From Actinomycetota bacterium (GTDB lineage Bacteria > Actinomycetota > Acidimicrobiia > Acidimicrobiales > Aldehydirespiratoraceae): a stretch of 64,000 nucleotides of DNA. The stretch lies in the NCBI GenBank assembly GCA_039188975.1, contig JBCCYT010000003.1, forward strand, positions 2,703 through 66,702. The letters run 5' to 3'. Below, piece after piece: positions 54,693 through 64,000 of the stretch (position 1 is its first letter; the number at the start of each line of letters is the position of its first letter). Below the pieces are notes generated by a model. The model saw nothing but the letters and a program-made list of their open reading frames with translations. It was not told where the DNA came from and searched no databases. A program made the translations under genes and the position numbers.

Positions 54693-57386
54693 TTGAACGG
54701 GCAAAACGACACAGACCCGTCTACGCTCTGCGTGAGGAGGTGGGTGCGTTCCGTGAGGCAGCGGCTGCATGTGTTCGTGAGACGAATCGATCGGGTGGCC
54801 GTGCTCACGCTGGCGCTTGGCCTTGCGCTCACTGCCATGGTGACGGCGTGGAGGTCCGAAGCCGTTACCTCCGCCGAGACCGACGCGATCGACGTTGCCG
54901 AAGAGCACTTTCTCGCCATCGTCGACAGCGTCGACTTTCGAACCCTCGCCCTCGCGAACGAGATCGAGATCTCGATGCGAGCGGTCGCAGCCAGCAATCC
55001 GGTCGACAACGACACGGTCCTGGGTCGGCTTCTTGCCCGCTATGAGGTGGTCGAACAGCCCGGCTTCACGGGTGCCGCATTCAGCCGAGATGGTGAGGTG
55101 CTCGTCGCTACCGACGGCTGGCCAGCGCCACTTCGCGAAGCACTCGCCGCCAGCGAGGGATCCCTCCCCAACGAACCGTCGACGACCCTGTCGAGCGAGG
55201 GTGTCCTGGTAACGATGGCAACCCGGAACGGCGTCCTTGGCTACTGGTTTGAAGCCGACGGGTTTCTGATCGACGACGAACGTGACGGCTACCCCGTGCG
55301 ATCCTCGCTGGTGTTTGCGGGTGCGCCGGCCGCCGGGCACACCGAGCTCGACGCTGCCGCGCCAAGCCACTCACACGATCACGCCGATGACCATGGCCAT
55401 GCCGGTGGCGAACGCGAGAGTCACGGTCACGAAACCTGGCGCCCGGCCGACCTCGACGGCGACAATCTGCACTTCCACGCCGGCACGATTGCCCACGATC
55501 ACAACAATCTCTCAACGTTCGCGAGCACCGCACACTTCGATCTCCTCGGCGCCCACTGGCACCTCACGCTCGAAACCTCCGAGGGCTTCGTCGAGATCCC
55601 TACGAGTCAGGAAGTGCCGATCGTCGCGATCAGCGGGAGCGTCATCTCGCTCGGGCTCTTCCTCCTCGTTCGATCGTTGCGCCGCGAGCGCGACGAAGCC
55701 AACCGACGGTCCGCCGCTCGAGCCGAACGCTTCGCCGTTGGCTTCTCCGAATCGCCGATCGGTGTGCTCGAACTCACCCACGATCTCGTGGTCGTTTCGG
55801 CAAACCGAGCCGCGTCGGTGCTCCTCGACCGCCCGGCGCCCACCCTGGTGGATCACCGGCTGCAAACGCTGCTCACCGAGGACTCGCAGGTTCACGCTGA
55901 AGACCACATCCGGGCGGTCCTCGTCGGCGATACGCCGACCGCTCGCAGCCATCGTCGCGAGGTCCAGCTGAGCGGCCCTGGCGGTTCCCCCGGCCCATGG
56001 GTCCAGATCACCCCTGCGGCGATCTCCCACGAAGACGGTGGTGCGGGTGTGCTCCTCCAGTTGACCGATGTCACCGAACAGCGTCGAGCCAACGCCGAAC
56101 TGCAACAACGTGCGCTTCACGATGCGCTCACCGGGCTACCGAACCGTGCCCTGCTGCTCGATCGGCTCGAACACGCATTGGCGCACGCAGCTCGGTCTCA
56201 GACCTGTACGGCGGCACTCTTCATCGACGTGGATGGGTTCAAACAGGTCAACGACTCGCTGGGGCACGGCTCCGGGGACATGTTGCTGCAAGAGGTTGCT
56301 ACTCGGATCCAGGCGTCGGCGCGAACGGACGACACCGTCGCTCGATTCGGTGGCGACGAGTTCGTCGTGCTCTGCGAGGCCCTCGCCTCACCGACCGACG
56401 CCGTCGAGCTCGCCGAGCGAGTCCGTCAATCGCTCACCCGGCCGATCCAACTGGCTGGCACGCCCATCACCGTCACCATGTGGGTGGGCGTCGCTGTCGC
56501 CCGCGCGGGCGACAGCGCCGAAGCCGTGATCCGCGACGCCGACCTTGCCCTCTACGAAGCCAAGTCCCAGGGCCGGAACCGAAGTGTGATGTTCGCGCCC
56601 GCGATGCGAGCCGAACTTCTCGAACGGATCGATCGCGAAACCGCCCTTCAGGCGGCCGCCGACCGCGGCGAGTTTGCCGTTCACTTCCAACCGCTTCTCG
56701 ATCTTCGTACCGATGTTGTGGTTGGCTTCGAAGCGCTCATCCGCTGGCACCATCAGCTCGAGGGCCTCGTGCTCCCCGCTGACTTTCTTCCATCGGCGGC
56801 GCAACTCGGCTTGTTGCCCGAGCTGGACCGCTTCGTGCTGCGCTCGGCGCTACGCCATACCCGGCTATGGAGTGAAACGCTCGGACGAACCCTGACCGTT
56901 GCCGTCAATGCGTCGTCGGCGACCATCACCGATCCGACCTTCCCCGATGCGATCGGTACCTCCCTGGCGCTCGAGGGTGTCGATCCCCACCAGCTCATCA
57001 TCGAAATCACCGAGCAAGACGTGGTCGACGTCCAGCAGGCCACCCCGGTGATCCAACGCATCCGGTCGCTCGGTGTGCAGGTTGCCATCGACGACTTCGG
57101 GACGGGCCAGAGCTCGTTTGCCCAGATCGCCTCCCTCGACTTCGACATCTTGAAGATCGACCGCTCGTTTGTGCAGCATGCCGAGACGCCTCGCGGCGCG
57201 CAGATCGTTCGGACCCTCGTCGAGATGGGCGACGCAATGGCGGTCGCCATGGTGGCGGAAGGAGTCGAGACGGCCGCCGACCTCGAACGCGTTCGAGCGA
57301 TGGGATGCACCGTTGCCCAGGGGTTTCACATCGGCGAGCCAGCATCCAGCGACGCGGTGATGGCGTCGCTCCTTGCGTCGACCTGA
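54693..57386 (+). CDS. membrane sensor, PAS, GGDEF and EAL protein
   Basis: Two TM helices flank a ~280-aa extracytoplasmic domain. GGDEF is intact (RFGGDEFVVL) with an RxxD site (RTDD). The EAL domain is intact (EALIRW, EITE, DDFGTGQSS, KIDR, EGVE). The start is uncertain (TTG 54693; GTG 54732, 54744 or 54753). Confidence 0.88.
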   Translation: MNGQNDTDPSTLCVRRWVRSVRQRLHVFVRRIDRVAVLTLALGLALTAMVTAWRSEAVTSAETDAIDVAEEHFLAIVDSVDFRTLALANEIEISMRAVAASNPVDNDTVLGRLLARYEVVEQPGFTGAAFSRDGEVLVATDGWPAPLREALAASEGSLPNEPSTTLSSEGVLVTMATRNGVLGYWFEADGFLIDDERDGYPVRSSLVFAGAPAAGHTELDAAAPSHSHDHADDHGHAGGERESHGHETWRPADLDGDNLHFHAGTIAHDHNNLSTFASTAHFDLLGAHWHLTLETSEGFVEIPTSQEVPIVAISGSVISLGLFLLVRSLRRERDEANRRSAARAERFAVGFSESPIGVLELTHDLVVVSANRAASVLLDRPAPTLVDHRLQTLLTEDSQVHAEDHIRAVLVGDTPTARSHRREVQLSGPGGSPGPWVQITPAAISHEDGGAGVLLQLTDVTEQRRANAELQQRALHDALTGLPNRALLLDRLEHALAHAARSQTCTAALFIDVDGFKQVNDSLGHGSGDMLLQEVATRIQASARTDDTVARFGGDEFVVLCEALASPTDAVELAERVRQSLTRPIQLAGTPITVTMWVGVAVARAGDSAEAVIRDADLALYEAKSQGRNRSVMFAPAMRAELLERIDRETALQAAADRGEFAVHFQPLLDLRTDVVVGFEALIRWHHQLEGLVLPADFLPSAAQLGLLPELDRFVLRSALRHTRLWSETLGRTLTVAVNASSATITDPTFPDAIGTSLALEGVDPHQLIIEITEQDVVDVQQATPVIQRIRSLGVQVAIDDFGTGQSSFAQIASLDFDILKIDRSFVQHAETPRGAQIVRTLVEMGDAMAVAMVAEGVETAADLERVRAMGCTVAQGFHIGEPASSDAVMASLLAST

Positions 57387-57389
57387 GGG

Positions 57390-58340
57390 TCAGGCCGCGA
57401 AACGCTTCCCGATACGGGCGATTGCCATCACGATCACGAAGCCCAGGACCCCGAGCGCGACCGGCCCCAGGATTTCGTCACCCGCAGGCAACTCGAGACC
57501 GGTGCCATCGATCACCTCTGACTCGTCCTCGCTGATCACGCCAACCCCGTTCGGCCACGGCCACAGCACCCGCAACGATCCGAGCATCAATCCGACCATC
57601 GCCGCCATCACGTTGTCGCCGTGGTTGTCGAGCAGCCATCCGAGAAAAGTCGAGAACAAGGCCAAGCCGACAATCGCTCCGATCCCAACCAGGGCAATGT
57701 CGCCGAACGCGCGGTCGTCGACGGCTCCGATCACGGCCGCATACATCCCGATCATCAACAAGATGAACGAGCCGGAGATCCCCGGCAAGATCATGGCGCA
57801 AATGGCCAAAGCCCCGGCCCCGACGAAAACGCCCGGGCTCGGGTCGGCGATCGGGCCGGACTGGAACCCCAACAAGAAGAACACGGCAACGGCGACGACC
57901 AGGGTGATCGCCAGATGGCTGCTCGTTCGCCGGTTCACCAGATCCCAGCCGATCAACACCGAGCCAGCAACCAGGCCAAAGAACAGTCCCGCCATCTCCT
58001 CAGGGTTCTCTTCGAGTTGGGTCTCGAGCACCGAGGCAAGGCCTCCGACCGCAAGCAAGACGCCCACGCCCAACGGAACCAGGAAGAGCCAGTCGAGTCC
58101 GACCACGCGCCGCCAGAAACTCCGGATGTCAGCTCTGGCCAGACTGCCGAGCGCTCCCGCGCCCGCACGCACCTGCTCGATCAACTTCTCGTAGATCCCG
58201 ACGATCAACGCAATCGTGCCGCCCGACACCCCGGGCACGACATCAGCCGCCCCCATCAAGAAACCGCGGACGAGTTGGGCACCGATCTTGGGGAACACGG
58301 GGGTCAACGGTACCGTTCGCCTGGATGACCAACGCGGCAC
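57390..58340 (-). CDS. DUF368-family membrane protein (polyprenyl-phosphate transporter family)
   Basis: It has the signature MGAADVVPGVSGGTIAL and a second PGISGS repeat. The start may be GTG 58298. Confidence 0.8.
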   Translation of the reverse strand: MPRWSSRRTVPLTPVFPKIGAQLVRGFLMGAADVVPGVSGGTIALIVGIYEKLIEQVRAGAGALGSLARADIRSFWRRVVGLDWLFLVPLGVGVLLAVGGLASVLETQLEENPEEMAGLFFGLVAGSVLIGWDLVNRRTSSHLAITLVVAVAVFFLLGFQSGPIADPSPGVFVGAGALAICAMILPGISGSFILLMIGMYAAVIGAVDDRAFGDIALVGIGAIVGLALFSTFLGWLLDNHGDNVMAAMVGLMLGSLRVLWPWPNGVGVISEDESEVIDGTGLELPAGDEILGPVALGVLGFVIVMAIARIGKRFAA

Positions 58341-59209
58341 GAGACGTCGACCGAGGCGAGGTCGTCCGGGTCGGCGACATCGAACTCTGGGTGGATGTCG
58401 ACGGTGACGGACCGGCGGTCGTCCTGCTGGCCGGTGCCGACACGCCGGGTTTTCGCTGGGACCCAGGGTTCACCGATGCCCTTCTCGATGCTGGCTTCCA
58501 AGTCATCCGATTCGATCACCGCGACTGCGGTCGATCGAGTTTGCTCGGTCCCGATGCCGGGTACCTGCTCGATGATCTCGCGGCCGATGTGATCGGCATT
58601 CTCGACCAGTTGGGCGTTGGCCGCGCTCACCTCATCGGTCGGTCGATGGGCGGGATGGTCGGCCAGGTCCTCGCGCTTGATCAACCGACTCGGGTCGACT
58701 CGCTCACGTTGATCGGCACAACCCCCGGTGCCGGCGACGACCGCCTCCCCGGCCCCACCGATGACTTCGTCGACAAGATGATGCACCGCCTCTACGCCGG
58801 ACCCCCTACTGATCATCTCGATCGAATCGAGTGGCTCGTCGAGCTCGGGGAGTACATGGCCGGCACTGCGTTCCCCTACGACCGAGCCGAAGCCGCCCTG
58901 CTCGCCCGGGCCGAGCTGCTCACCGGATGGCAGCCCGAGTCTGGACACGGCGTAGCCGTTCACGCCTCTCCCAGCCGACTCGACCGCCTCGCCGAGATCG
59001 TTCACCCCACCATCATCATTCACGGCACCGCCGACCCCGTCTTCCCGGTCGAGCACGGCCGAGCCCTCGCCAACGGAATCGGGGGCGCGGTTCTCCTCGA
59101 AGTCGACGGTCTCGGGCACGAAACCCCGGCCCCGATGCTCGCTGCCCTTGCGCCGACCATCATTGGTCACCTGCATGCAGCAGAGCGGGCCGGCCCCCCG
59201 TCGACCTGA
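58325..59209 (+). CDS. alpha/beta-fold hydrolase
   Basis: It has the nucleophile elbow GRSMGG and a C-terminal GHE motif (catalytic His region). Confidence 0.8.
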   Translation: MTNAARDVDRGEVVRVGDIELWVDVDGDGPAVVLLAGADTPGFRWDPGFTDALLDAGFQVIRFDHRDCGRSSLLGPDAGYLLDDLAADVIGILDQLGVGRAHLIGRSMGGMVGQVLALDQPTRVDSLTLIGTTPGAGDDRLPGPTDDFVDKMMHRLYAGPPTDHLDRIEWLVELGEYMAGTAFPYDRAEAALLARAELLTGWQPESGHGVAVHASPSRLDRLAEIVHPTIIIHGTADPVFPVEHGRALANGIGGAVLLEVDGLGHETPAPMLAALAPTIIGHLHAAERAGPPST

Positions 59210-59216
59210 CGCGAAC

Positions 59217-59242
59217 GAGGCGCCCCGGGGCAGGGGCGCCTC
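59217..59242. terminator. perfect 10-bp GC hairpin after the hydrolase gene
   Basis: GAGGCGCCCC-ggggca-GGGGCGCCTC starts 8 nt after the stop. Confidence 0.55.
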
Positions 59243-59517
59243 ATCCACGAAAGGCAGTGTCCGACAAACAGCCACGCAACACAGTTGGCGGAGCGGATGC
59301 CTGGCTGCTCTGGTGTCGAACTTCCTTTCGATCACAACGAGTTCGAGGCGAGTGCAGCGCGCGAACTCTTCACTGCTGTGACCCTGTCAACGTCGCACCC
59401 GATCGCACGCCGGTCAACCGACACCGCACAGCGTGGTCGACTCTGATGGTGAGCGATCGTCGCGCGGAAGCGCGTCGTACCTCGAGGGACGGTTGCGGCG
59501 GGATCGCCGCATCGACA

Positions 59518-60291
59518 TCAGCGCTGTGATGCCAGGCTGCGGTTCTTGATCTTCGACTTCACGTAGTCACGGTTCATGAACGCAATGAAGTCGAGCGAGA
59601 TTTCCTTCGGGCAGGCCTCGGCGCACTCCCCGTGGTTGGTGCATGAACCAAAGAAGTCTTCCATGGTCTCGACCATGGCCTCGGTGCGCTTCCACCGCTC
59701 GGGCTGACCCTGGGGCAGCGTGTTGAGGTGGTGGAGCTTCGCCGAGGTGAACAGCTGGCCCGCCGAATTCGGACACGCTGCCACACAGGCACCGCAGCCG
59801 ATGCAGGCTGCGGCGTCCATCGACGTGTCGGCCACTTCCTTCGGGATCGGGATCTCGTTGGCGTCCGGCGCCGTACCGGTCGGCGCCGAGATGTAGCCGC
59901 CGGCCTCGACGATGCGGTCGAATGCTCGACGGTCGACTTCCAGATCTTTCAGGATCGGAAACGAGGTCGCCTGCCACGGCTCGACGACGATTTCGTCGCC
60001 GTCGTTGAACTTGCGCATGTGGAGCTGGCAGGTCGCCGTGGCTTTCTCCGGGCCGTGGGCCTGGCCGTTGATCATCACGCCGCAGGTGCCGCAGATACCT
60101 TCACGGCAGTCATGGCCGAAGGCCACCGGCTCGACATCATCGGCGATCAAGCGCTCGTTGACGACGTCGAGCATCTCCAGGAAGGACGCGTCCTCCGGGA
60201 TGCCGTGGGCGTCGACGTCGAGGAAGTGACCCTGGGCGTGAGGGCCCGCTTGGCGCCAGATCTTCAGCTTGAGATTCAGGATTTTGCTCAT
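59518..60291 (-). CDS. sdhB: succinate dehydrogenase/fumarate reductase iron-sulfur subunit
   Basis: It has the 2Fe-2S, 4Fe-4S and 3Fe-4S Cys clusters (CREGICGTCG, CIGCGACVAAC, CTNHGECAEAC). Confidence 0.93.
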   Translation of the reverse strand: MSKILNLKLKIWRQAGPHAQGHFLDVDAHGIPEDASFLEMLDVVNERLIADDVEPVAFGHDCREGICGTCGVMINGQAHGPEKATATCQLHMRKFNDGDEIVVEPWQATSFPILKDLEVDRRAFDRIVEAGGYISAPTGTAPDANEIPIPKEVADTSMDAAACIGCGACVAACPNSAGQLFTSAKLHHLNTLPQGQPERWKRTEAMVETMEDFFGSCTNHGECAEACPKEISLDFIAFMNRDYVKSKIKNRSLASQR

Positions 60292-60319
60292 CGTTTTCAG
60301 ATTCCTCGCTGATCCCAGA

Positions 60320-62242
60320 TCACTTGTAGCTGCGCTGGGTCAGCTTGACGTATTCGAACTCGAGGTCTTCTTTGTGCAGGGTGGGATCGGCATCGGGGCC
60401 GTTCCACTCCCAGGCGCCGACGTAGGCGAAGTTGTCGTCGTCACGCAACGCCTCGCCCTCTTCGGTCTGTGACTCCTCCCGGAAGTGACCGCCGCAGCTC
60501 TCGTTGCGATGCAGGGCATCGCGCACCTTGAGCTCGGCGAACTCCATGAAGTCGTCGACTCGGTTGACCTTCTCGAGCATGGTGTTGATGCCATCGGGCG
60601 AGCCGAGCACCTTCACGTTCTTGCGGAACTCTTCGCGCAGCGCCGGGATTTCGCCCAGTGCCTTCTCGAGACCGTTCTCGTTGCGGGCCATGCCGCAGTA
60701 CTCCCAGACGATTTTGCCGAGCTCGCGGTGGTAGTGCTCGACACCGTGGGTGCCGCCCTTCTTCGCCGTCCACTGCCGGGTGCGATCGTCGACCTCGGCC
60801 TGCGCCTCGATGAACGCAGGGTCGTCGGTCGACAGTGGTGTCTCACCGAGCTTCGGGGCGAGATAGTCGCCGATGGTGTAGGGCAACACGAAGTAGCCGT
60901 CCGCGAGGCCCTGCATGAGCGCGGATGCCCCGAGCCGGTTGGCGCCGTGGTCGGAGAAATTCGCCTCTCCGAGGGCGTACAGGCCGGGGACGGTGGTCAT
61001 CAGGTTGTAGTCGACCCACAACCCACCCATCGTGTAGTGGGTGGCGGGGTAGATGCGCATCGGCGTGTCGTAGGGGTTCTCGCCGGTGATGCGCTCGTAC
61101 ATGTCGAACAGGTTGCCGTAGCGCTCGCGAACAGCCTGTTCGCCGTCTCGTACGATCGCCGCGCTGAAGTCGAGGTACACCCCGTTCTTGAGCGGCCCGA
61201 CACCGCGGCCCTCGTCGACCACGGTCTTGGCGTTTCGGCTGGCGACATCTCGTGGGACGAGGTTGCCGAAGGCGGGGTACTTCTCTTCGAGGAAGTAGTA
61301 GCGATCGTCTTCGGCGATGTCACCTGCCGATCGAGCCTCGTCACGGTCCCGCGGCACCCAGATGCGTCCGTCGTTTCGCAACGACTCCGACATGAGGGTC
61401 AGCTTCGACTGGAACTCGTCGGAGGCCGGAATACAGGTCGGGTGGATCTGGGTGTAGCAGGGGTTGGCGAACAGGGCGCCTTTGCGATGGGCCCGCCACG
61501 CTGCGGTGACGTTGGAGGCCATTGCGTTCGTGGACAGGTAGTAGACGTTGCCGTAGCCGCCGGTGGCGAGCACGACCGCGTGCGCCGAGTGGCTGTGCAT
61601 CTCGCCCGTGAGCATGTCGCGAACGATGATGCCCTTGGCCTCGCCGTCCTTGGTGACGATGTCGAGCACGTCGGAGCGGTTGTAGAGGGTGACCTTGCCG
61701 CTCTTGATGGCGCCCGCAAGCGCCTGGTAGGCGCCGAGCAGCAACTGCTGGCCGGTCTGACCGCGTGCGTAGAACGTGCGGCTCACCTGGGCGCCACCGA
61801 ACGAGCGGTTGGCGAGCAGGCCGCCGTACTCGCGGGCGAACGGCACGCCTTGCGCTGCGCACTGGTCGATGATGTCGACCGAGACCTGAGCAAGCCGATA
61901 CACGTTGGCCTCACGGGCTCGGTAGTCGCCACCCTTCACCGTGTCGTAGAAGAGGCGGTAGACCGAGTCACCATCGTTGCGGTAGTTCTTCGCCGCGTTG
62001 ATGCCGCCCTGTGCGGCGATCGAGTGGGCTCGACGGGGCGAATCGTGGAACGTGAAGACCTTCACGTTGTACCCGAGCTCGGCGAGCGACGCTGCGGCCG
62101 AGGCGCCGGCGAGACCGGTGCCGACGACGATGATGTCGAACTTGCGTTTGTTGGCCGGGTTGACCAGCTTCACGTTGAATTTGTGCGAGTCCCACTTGTC
62201 CTGGATCGGACCGTCGGGGATCTTGGCATCGAGCGTCACCAT
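60320..62242 (-). CDS. sdhA: succinate dehydrogenase/fumarate reductase flavoprotein subunit
   Basis: It has the FAD motif [22 protein letters not shown] and the active-site region HYTMGG. The ATG at 62242 lies just after the sdhC stop. Confidence 0.93.
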   Translation of the reverse strand: MVTLDAKIPDGPIQDKWDSHKFNVKLVNPANKRKFDIIVVGTGLAGASAAASLAELGYNVKVFTFHDSPRRAHSIAAQGGINAAKNYRNDGDSVYRLFYDTVKGGDYRAREANVYRLAQVSVDIIDQCAAQGVPFAREYGGLLANRSFGGAQVSRTFYARGQTGQQLLLGAYQALAGAIKSGKVTLYNRSDVLDIVTKDGEAKGIIVRDMLTGEMHSHSAHAVVLATGGYGNVYYLSTNAMASNVTAAWRAHRKGALFANPCYTQIHPTCIPASDEFQSKLTLMSESLRNDGRIWVPRDRDEARSAGDIAEDDRYYFLEEKYPAFGNLVPRDVASRNAKTVVDEGRGVGPLKNGVYLDFSAAIVRDGEQAVRERYGNLFDMYERITGENPYDTPMRIYPATHYTMGGLWVDYNLMTTVPGLYALGEANFSDHGANRLGASALMQGLADGYFVLPYTIGDYLAPKLGETPLSTDDPAFIEAQAEVDDRTRQWTAKKGGTHGVEHYHRELGKIVWEYCGMARNENGLEKALGEIPALREEFRKNVKVLGSPDGINTMLEKVNRVDDFMEFAELKVRDALHRNESCGGHFREESQTEEGEALRDDDNFAYVGAWEWNGPDADPTLHKEDLEFEYVKLTQRSYK

Positions 62243-62243
62243 G

Positions 62244-63104
62244 TCACTCACCTTCCTCTTCGTCGCCGAGAGCATCGCCCTCGGAACGTTCTTCAGCTGC
62301 GCCTTCTTCAGAGTGGCTGTATTGGCCGGGGGTATGTCCGTCGAGGTCGATCAGGCCGGTGTTGACCGCCAGCGGGAAGCTGAGGTTCCCGAGCAAAATG
62401 ACCGTTGCGAGCCCACGAGCGAAGTTCTTGCGCAGGCCGTTGTAGCGGGGGTTGTTGATGCCGAGGGTCTGAAACATCGACCAGGCACCGTGGAAGATGT
62501 GGATCGCCAATGCGACGTTGGCCACGACATAGATGGCCGTGATCCACCAGACGCTCAGCGAGATGTAGACGTTGTTGTACACGTCGCCGTAGACGAAGTC
62601 GCCGTTGGTCACCCCTGCGTCAGAGGTGTAGCCGAGCGTGAGATCGGCGATGTGCCACAGCAGGTACAGCAAGATGATCGGGCCGGTCCAGCGCATGGTG
62701 CGGCTCGCGAAGTTGACCGCGATGTAGTCACGGTTGCCGGCATAGGCCTTGTTGGCCTTCGCGTTCATTCGGCTCAGCGAATACGCGGCGTGAATGTGCA
62801 CGGCGAACATCGTGAGGAGGCCGAGACGCAGCACCCAGAGAACGAACTCTCTCGGGACGAGATGCCCCCCGAGCTCGCGAAGCGCTTCGGCGTACTCGTG
62901 GACCTCGGTCGGCCCCTCGTAGAGGTGGAGGTTGCCGATCATGTGGACAACGACGAAACCGAGCAGGCCGACGCCCGTGATCGCCATTGCGTATTTCTTG
63001 CCGATGGCCGTCTGATACAGGTTCAGCGGCCAGGGGAGCTCAGGGGCTCGTCGGCGTATCGGTGGGATCGAATGATCGGTCCCACGCGGCATCGTCTGCG
63101 CCAT
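62244..63104 (-). CDS. sdhC: succinate dehydrogenase membrane anchor / cytochrome b (single 5-TM subunit type)
   Basis: The 286-aa protein is hydrophobic with conserved His residues. The C-A-B gene order matches mycobacterial Sdh1 and Bacillus SdhCAB. Confidence 0.75.
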   Translation of the reverse strand: MAQTMPRGTDHSIPPIRRRAPELPWPLNLYQTAIGKKYAMAITGVGLLGFVVVHMIGNLHLYEGPTEVHEYAEALRELGGHLVPREFVLWVLRLGLLTMFAVHIHAAYSLSRMNAKANKAYAGNRDYIAVNFASRTMRWTGPIILLYLLWHIADLTLGYTSDAGVTNGDFVYGDVYNNVYISLSVWWITAIYVVANVALAIHIFHGAWSMFQTLGINNPRYNGLRKNFARGLATVILLGNLSFPLAVNTGLIDLDGHTPGQYSHSEEGAAEERSEGDALGDEEEGE

Positions 63105-63201
63105 AGATGCGGGTTCCTTCGTGAAGAGAGCTGCGATTCACAAAGGTACTTGTCGGAACCGGGCGAGGCCTACATGAGCGTTGGCACGCTGCGTGACGGG
63201 G

Positions 63202-64000
63202 TCAGGTCGCGACGTTGGTGCGGTACCGGTTCACGGTTGCGATCGGTCCGTGAGCGCCGGTTGCCTCGAACGCCAAGTCGACCGTGAGCTCTCCATCGGT
63301 CTCGATTTCGATGACGAGCGTCGTGATGCGTTCGACACTGTCGGCCGCGATCTCGCCGCCGAATCGCTGGGTCGTCGTCCGCCCGTCGCCCTGGGTGATC
63401 GTGGCGGTGACAACACCTTCGGTCAGGGCGTCAGGGCGATCGGAGATCACATGGACGGCGGCCAACCATCGGTCCCCGACCTCCATCGACCATGGAAGCG
63501 GCTCGGCGACGACAATGACGGGGCGACACGCGTCGATCAGCGCCGTCCACGACGGTTTCGCTCGACGGTCGTGATCGAACACCCCGAACCCGCCCGCAGT
63601 GCTGGGGTCGGCGAGATAGTGCAAGCAGAACCCGCCGGTCGGCCGGTACTTGACCTTGCGAAGGGTCTCGATCGTCGTCTTGATCAGGTCGGCCTGCGCC
63701 TGCCCCATCAGATGACCCCAGGTCGGGCCGTCCTCGACGAGTCGAGGGGGCATCAGGTGCTGTAGCGACTCCGGCCGGGCACCGATGGCGTCGGCCACCG
63801 CGTGCCAGTTCAGCGCCGGCCACCGAGCGCTCGTCAGTTCGGGGAGCTCCGGATTGACCGTCGCCGCGCCGAACGCTGTCACGAATCGCCCCATGCGGGG
63901 CACGCGCGCCAACGCGGCCGCGAGATCCCGCGCTTCGCCGTCGTGCCAACCGAACCACAGATGGCTCGTCGTGCCGTCGAGTTGAGGAAGGTGGGGCGGC
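63202..64000 (-). CDS. glycoside hydrolase (GH2, beta-mannosidase-like) C-terminal part, 5' end beyond the window
   Basis: The frame stays open upstream of the track start (TTG 63912) to the window edge. The family assignment is by eye only. Confidence 0.4.
   Translation of the reverse strand, partial: PPHLPQLDGTTSHLWFGWHDGEARDLAAALARVPRMGRFVTAFGAATVNPELPELTSARWPALNWHAVADAIGARPESLQHLMPPRLVEDGPTWGHLMGQAQADLIKTTIETLRKVKYRPTGGFCLHYLADPSTAGGFGVFDHDRRAKPSWTALIDACRPVIVVAEPLPWSMEVGDRWLAAVHVISDRPDALTEGVVTATITQGDGRTTTQRFGGEIAADSVERITTLVIEIETDGELTVDLAFEATGAHGPIATVNRYRTNVAT

Overview
This is a high-GC chromosomal segment from an Actinomycetota genome. All calls come from reading the ORF translations and the DNA by eye; no database or HMM search was run. 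The gene order is mycobacteria-like: topA, MFS, tmk, holB, tRNA-Thr, sigH, rshA, then tilS, guaB3-guaA, sucCD, purH, icd, mdh and sdhCAB. I count about 60 protein genes and one tRNA. I found no rRNA, CRISPR array, transposase or integrase. Most of the window is ordinary housekeeping. The items worth a second look are: (1) An ~8 kb co-directional phosphate module (17.9-25.8 kb): pstS, pstS', pstC, pstA, pstB, a histidine kinase and a response regulator. The kinase has no transmembrane or PAS sensor and instead carries a complete PhoU protein at its N-terminus. PstC carries a ~190-aa RDD-like membrane extension. Both pstS genes are preceded by 11-nt-phased GTTCACC direct repeats (PHO-box-like). 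(2) A 352-aa intein interrupts helicase motif III of PcrA/UvrD (27316-28371). (3) A perfect 27-bp tandem repeat (3.8 copies, 6566-6667) in which each copy forms a hairpin and carries an in-frame TGA. It overlaps the stop codon of a small zinc-ribbon ORF that sits behind an ECF-type promoter, just downstream of sigH-rshA. (4) Two frameshifted genes (a nitroreductase and a VOC/glyoxalase) flank pcrA. (5) A hipBA toxin-antitoxin pair sits next to a sharply AT-rich promoter region inside a small accessory-looking block (P450, hipBA, wHTH plus membrane protein, VOC). (6) Several domain-level oddities: a triple neocarzinostatin-like secreted protein; an amidase next to a paralog that has lost its catalytic residues; a His-rich sensor loop in a GGDEF-EAL protein; a CHASE-type sensor protein with a degenerate GGDEF motif; and an RsrA-type anti-sigma factor that lacks the zinc-ligand His. 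Many start codons are uncertain. Long antisense ORFs in the track are treated as GC-driven shadow ORFs.
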